Source: a virus (taxonomy: Duplodnaviria > Caudoviricetes). From it: 54,944 nucleotides of DNA. The notes beneath the pieces are model-generated. The model was not told the DNA's origin and did no database searches. It saw nothing but the letters and a program-made list of their open reading frames with translations. The first letter of the stretch is position 1; every line of letters begins with the position of its first letter. Position numbers and translations under genes: made by a program. Positions 52,901 to 54,944 of this stretch are shown here, one piece after another. The stretch is from positions 1-54,944 of the IMG/VR virus record IMGVR_UViG_3300043465_001344; one strand, given 5' to 3'.

Positions 52901-54944
52901 TGCTGACGTAGTTGACGGCCCAGACCCCTTCGGTTCCGGGCAGAGGCTCCACGCTGATCATCATGTCGAAGGCGCTGTTGGCCCCGATGTAGACGTCCAG
53001 ATAGCTTTCGCCGGTTCCCCTCGACAGACGGGCCTGAGTGATCGGGCAGCCCGTGCCGTTGGAGACAATGCTGATGGTCCCATTAACGTCCCAGTCGCGG
53101 GAAACGTCCAGCACCAGAGCCGAGGGGGTCGCCCCACCGCCGTTGAAGCCCAGCGTAACCCGCATCGCACCCCGGCCAACGGAGGAGACCACGCGGGCCA
53201 CCCGGTGCCAGCGGGCGCTACCTGCCGCAACGGCCACAGACGATTGGGTGCGGGGGGACAGGAATGTCGCGACAGGTGTGGCGACCTGCGACGGAGTGTA
53301 GCTGCCGTAGGTCGCCCATGAGGTCTGACCCGTCACCGAAGCGGCCACACGGCCTTCGGTGACGTTGGCTCCAGCCTCGCCCGGGCGAAGGCTTTCGACC
53401 GTGGCTCCACCCGATACATAGGTCAGCTGATCGGCCGTCCGACCGGTCAGGAGGGACAGACTGCGAGTGTTGATGTTCGACAGGCTGGTCAGGTTGCCAG
53501 AGGCGTCCAGATTGCCAACACGGCCTTGGACGGTCGCCGGCGTGAGGGTGCCATAGGTTGCCCAACCGGTCTGGCCCGAGACGGAGGCCGCGACGCCCTG
53601 ACTGGTGACCAGCACGGGGTCGGTGGACAGCACGTCCCCACCCGCGACGGTGACGTAGGTGGGTGTGGCGGTGCCAAAGTAGTTGAGTGCCCCGACGTTA
53701 CCGGTCCGGTCCACCGGCTTGCCCCAGTAGTAGTAGGGGACCCCCGCCGTGACGTTCGTGTCGGCGAAGATCGACCCAGTGACATTGGGTCGGTACAGGT
53801 CGGCCTCACCCGTGCCCGCGGGGCTGGTGCCCGTAGTGTTGCGGTAGAGCTTCAGGTGCGAGTAGTCGGCGTCAGCGTAGGGCGTCCACGCCAACACGAT
53901 CCGGCGGGCGAGGGCAGTGATGGTGATGCTGGTCGGGTTGCTCGGCGCGGTCACGTCGCCACCGGCGGCCACGGAGGCCGAGGTGGTGGACCATGCGGCC
54001 GAGCGAAGCCCAGTACGCCCCACAGCCTTGACCTTGACGGTATAGGTCCGGCCCGGCTGCACCCGCAGGTTCTTGATGGAGGCGACCGGAGACCACTCGG
54101 TCCACGGGGTCACCCCATCGTTGATCTCGATGTCGTAGCCAGTGGCGGCCGAAACAGCCGTCCAGCCTGCCGTCAGGTTCGTGACCTGCGTCCCATCGGG
54201 GTTGATGGTCGAGGCGAACGAGAGGGTGGGCGTGCCGCTGACGGTTGCGGGGGCGGTGGCCGGCAGGTCCACGTCCGCGATGCCGCCGCGCGTGACGCTG
54301 CTCTCCGCCGACCAGAACAGGTCCGAGCTGGAGAACTTGTCGTAGTAGGCCGCCTTGATGTAGCGCAGATCCCCATCCGCGAGGGGCACGAAGAAGCTGC
54401 CCTGATTGGCGTCCTGAGCCACGGCGGTGACGCCGCTGACCGTGGAGACGCTGAGCTTCGCACCGACCACGTCGCGCTCGGTGGAAGGCGACAGGACGAC
54501 GTTGACGCCGCCCATGGTCGCCGTGACCGTGATGGTCGGGGCGAACGGCGCGGGGTTGTTGATCGACAGCTCGACCGGAGGGGAGAGATTGTCGTCCTGA
54601 TCCACGGCGTAGAGCGTGAACGTCAGGTCGCGGGTCGCGGTGCCGAGCCCGTCGTCCCGGTTCATCAGGAAGTCGTAGCGGTACTCCAGCTCCGTCGCGA
54701 GCTCGACGATCCGCAGCTGGGCATCCGACGAGGTGTCGCTGATGACCAGCCGGTAGTTCTTGAAGTTGGGCGAGGCCGGCGGGGCGTCCCACATCACCTT
54801 CGGGCTGAGGTCTTCGAACACGGTGGGCAGCAGCCCACCCACGAGGGTCAGGTTCGTGGGCGGCGCGACCGGGCGGGCGTCGCCCGTCACGTTGTAGGTC
54901 AGCGTCAGGGGCAGGCTCTCGCGGCCCCGGATGTCGATGGCCAC
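46929..54944 (-). CDS. giant modular tail fibre / host-specificity protein (5'-truncated by the window)
   Basis: FnIII-like domains (YTVKVKAVG), repeated GANVTETRTASAITGQ linkers, several beta-sandwich/CBM-like modules (NLALNPEF, NMFRDSDM). Confidence 0.85.
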   Translation of the reverse strand: MAIDIRGRESLPLTLTYNVTGDARPVAPPTNLTLVGGLLPTVFEDLSPKVMWDAPPASPNFKNYRLVISDTSSDAQLRIVELATELEYRYDFLMNRDDGLGTATRDLTFTLYAVDQDDNLSPPVELSINNPAPFAPTITVTATMGGVNVVLSPSTERDVVGAKLSVSTVSGVTAVAQDANQGSFFVPLADGDLRYIKAAYYDKFSSSDLFWSAESSVTRGGIADVDLPATAPATVSGTPTLSFASTINPDGTQVTNLTAGWTAVSAATGYDIEINDGVTPWTEWSPVASIKNLRVQPGRTYTVKVKAVGRTGLRSAAWSTTSASVAAGGDVTAPSNPTSITITALARRIVLAWTPYADADYSHLKLYRNTTGTSPAGTGEADLYRPNVTGSIFADTNVTAGVPYYYWGKPVDRTGNVGALNYFGTATPTYVTVAGGDVLSTDPVLVTSQGVAASVSGQTGWATYGTLTPATVQGRVGNLDASGNLTSLSNINTRSLSLLTGRTADQLTYVSGGATVESLRPGEAGANVTEGRVAASVTGQTSWATYGSYTPSQVATPVATFLSPRTQSSVAVAAGSARWHRVARVVSSVGRGAMRVTLGFNGGGATPSALVLDVSRDWDVNGTISIVSNGTGCPITQARLSRGTGESYLDVYIGANSAFDMMISVEPLPGTEGVWAVNYVSNPTVGATLIGTIPLTDASGANRVTGVMTNGTYTLVSAAGGLVTNGVAAVNASGVSFDVTHGADRAVLERGANITETRTASAITGQTGWATYGTLTPATVQGRVGNLDASGNLTSLSNINTRSLSLLTGRTADQLTYVTGGATVESLRPGEAGANVTETRTASAITGQTDWATYTGRSVNALNTAIFADGYLQSGLNARVRPLEMMGGIAGTNLALNPEFADGSAANYSVYNNAGGAKVTIAVEYESNAPNNSRYVLKVSYDGTGTPNSNPSPGFGGVYQGLTYTTGAARPGQYTLNSRILYKVMALIPVGRTLTWHGNSMGVGSTVTPLTSMEGTGSWQLYVFEVFTGAPGGSPSSVGHLAVHNGANTSFDWYLARYDQIDTSGPAATFINTGLRDSSGARRGDADLITVQGVAASFTGQGGLATANTISGDGQLSGVIANRLQGGDVDGNYLNAGRMLYPGTGGASVSSLRPGEFGANVTESRTAAAITGQGVLATRGTVAATHIDAGAVTPSRQSIRDTSNMFRDSDMSGDASLWITTPGSFVFNPSSGLSLDVASTNYVLITTAGSTRAVRSNYEGSTPVEPGRVYYVSAVVFSSVPAAAATAYATFYDRAGALISSTPIIGSNTTTSPTRVTALITPPSNAVRMGFWFEAYNTGYGYFAEPIIRRASRLGDLVYRETGAVLTDAVAVTSLGVAATIAGQTAWATATIPGGLTPTIVGNRSQNLDNTTGAFNSLSNITTRPLDALTGRTADKVNYIGGGGVTMEVLRPQEANANVTETRTASAITGQGPGATAVSNRVLNDRYEGGVKLIQQPDGGQLNIPTSNQVGQLEIVFPFAWNAVSPMITFDVVVHDYSTGRTSTYTVAGHHYNTGSNGWWANVTATFNGPRAFSRPVKFGFNAAGKATIWIGSVGDLWQYPNVTIRNVQVGYASQVNDWATGWSISLNNTAISGTYVNMTTPYWVRIVDVPRSGDQVFGEGLLEQAGGAVATRANFRTDQGVAASISGQAATATSSDFASVTGATRPANNATVGADWTTNLTNRAPVTQGDSLTEDPSGADPSAWAGAVGSFVSITDGEVATTAMRLTGGTLIGARRVPVDAAKTYMIECWMRRTGTTNTAYGLASLRDGAGSEINGDGSYWLYWPQGTTIPATWTYYSRVFGAGTGKTIPANAVTMAVGALPNYNGASGAVEIQGLRIVEVTTVGGSLRRADGSLATEAALVTGLGTAASITGQSVLATNSDFAGVTGATRPSPNAGTSGILTPLGSFSTVVGNSVSKSGTHGALEGGAVGSAQRGSAYIRSSLLSVAAGGGWYTQLALDDDATTFNTSTQKYWCRYVTAGGSPGSLALYSGDTTLASATIPVLTLASRMTLGYDGSTVFVDIDGVRYCSSPAPAGQTLWPKIIDFYNSAASTFPAAIVDIQYGAWTENTAAVAALVPYNSETVVSGSTATKVGGSHGSWGGGVSSRDKYVGAAYCSFRVGESVQPYFMAGLAAPGFGGDYNTINYSCYTTGLPGSQAMRAYAGGIGELATLAAAGAWALTDVWSVVYDGVRVQWLQNGVVRYTYAAAAGQTLGFAASQVYFGNQLADIQVGPANQVARIGHNTYDDTGGALVGRTGLITSLGTASSISGQTAAATAPDVQVFNDRKQGNVTHIALPVGGTNENSGSADMGAWRIVLPVTWNYAMISFEVEVQRYGGGGAVVYQIYGYTYDYGGGSHGWINSSVKATGDRFGFQNVYMHKDPATGRPAVDIGLVNSTTWPYSKVSVKNVRVGHTPGTVADWDDGWTVTLTNAARGADSYTIGAGSIGQDAVFGENCWETEAKATLATRANFRTDQGVASSYAGQTLLATQTFPTHAGVAAAKAAGLTDGRQFYDSTNSNLLTAVTSAAGGFGATASHTNRSGSRSGAGSVTTSTVTVTPTGAGGSVSYSWYRISGDTGISATSSTGAATAFTGSVGVGETKSATFACAATDAGTGKTVTLLVTASITETT
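52432..53576. repeat. 221-bp direct repeat inside the tail fibre (52432-52652 and 53356-53576)
   Basis: Near-identical DNA encoding GQTGWATYGTLTPATVQGRVGNLDASG...GEAGANVTE, offset 924 bp. Confidence 0.9.

Noticed and set aside
52432-53576. Tail-fibre repeat as a DGR template/variable repeat pair
   Set aside because: Both copies are in frame within the gene, differences are mostly synonymous and not adenine-specific, and there is no reverse transcriptase in the window.

Overview
The whole window is a fragment of a high-GC lytic tailed-phage genome. The host is most likely an alphaproteobacterium (Caulobacter/Brevundimonas-like), inferred from GANTC avoidance, the NrdAB type and the tail-fibre repeats. 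Layout: (i) the 3' part of a D5-like primase-helicase and two small genes ending in a terminator (1-2326); (ii) an AT-rich, palindrome-rich zone that may hold the genome end or origin (2330-4350); (iii) a + strand early region of about 40 mostly unknown small genes, including rIIA/rIIB, KTSC, GNAT, a conserved 646+132 aa gene pair and three Cys-motif paralogs, punctuated by 13 copies of a TTTAAC-N1/2-GT(T)AAA palindrome that I saw only between 2.6 and 20.0 kb; (iv) a + strand replication and nucleotide-metabolism block (MazG, Gp88-like, HTH, SF2 helicase, 5'-3' exonuclease, PolA, resolvase, DEDDh exonuclease, SbcD/SbcC, ligase, ThyX, dNMP kinase, NrdA/NrdB); (v) after convergent terminators, a - strand late block. 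The late block has an unusual six-gene lysis cassette (RHH-like protein, holin-like protein, an unannotated small lipoprotein, a transglutaminase-like protease::lysozyme::TM fusion, i-spanin, o-spanin) and a truncated modular tail fibre of more than 2,670 aa. I saw no tRNA, rRNA, CRISPR array or integrase. All product calls come from recognising motifs by eye, not from database searches.
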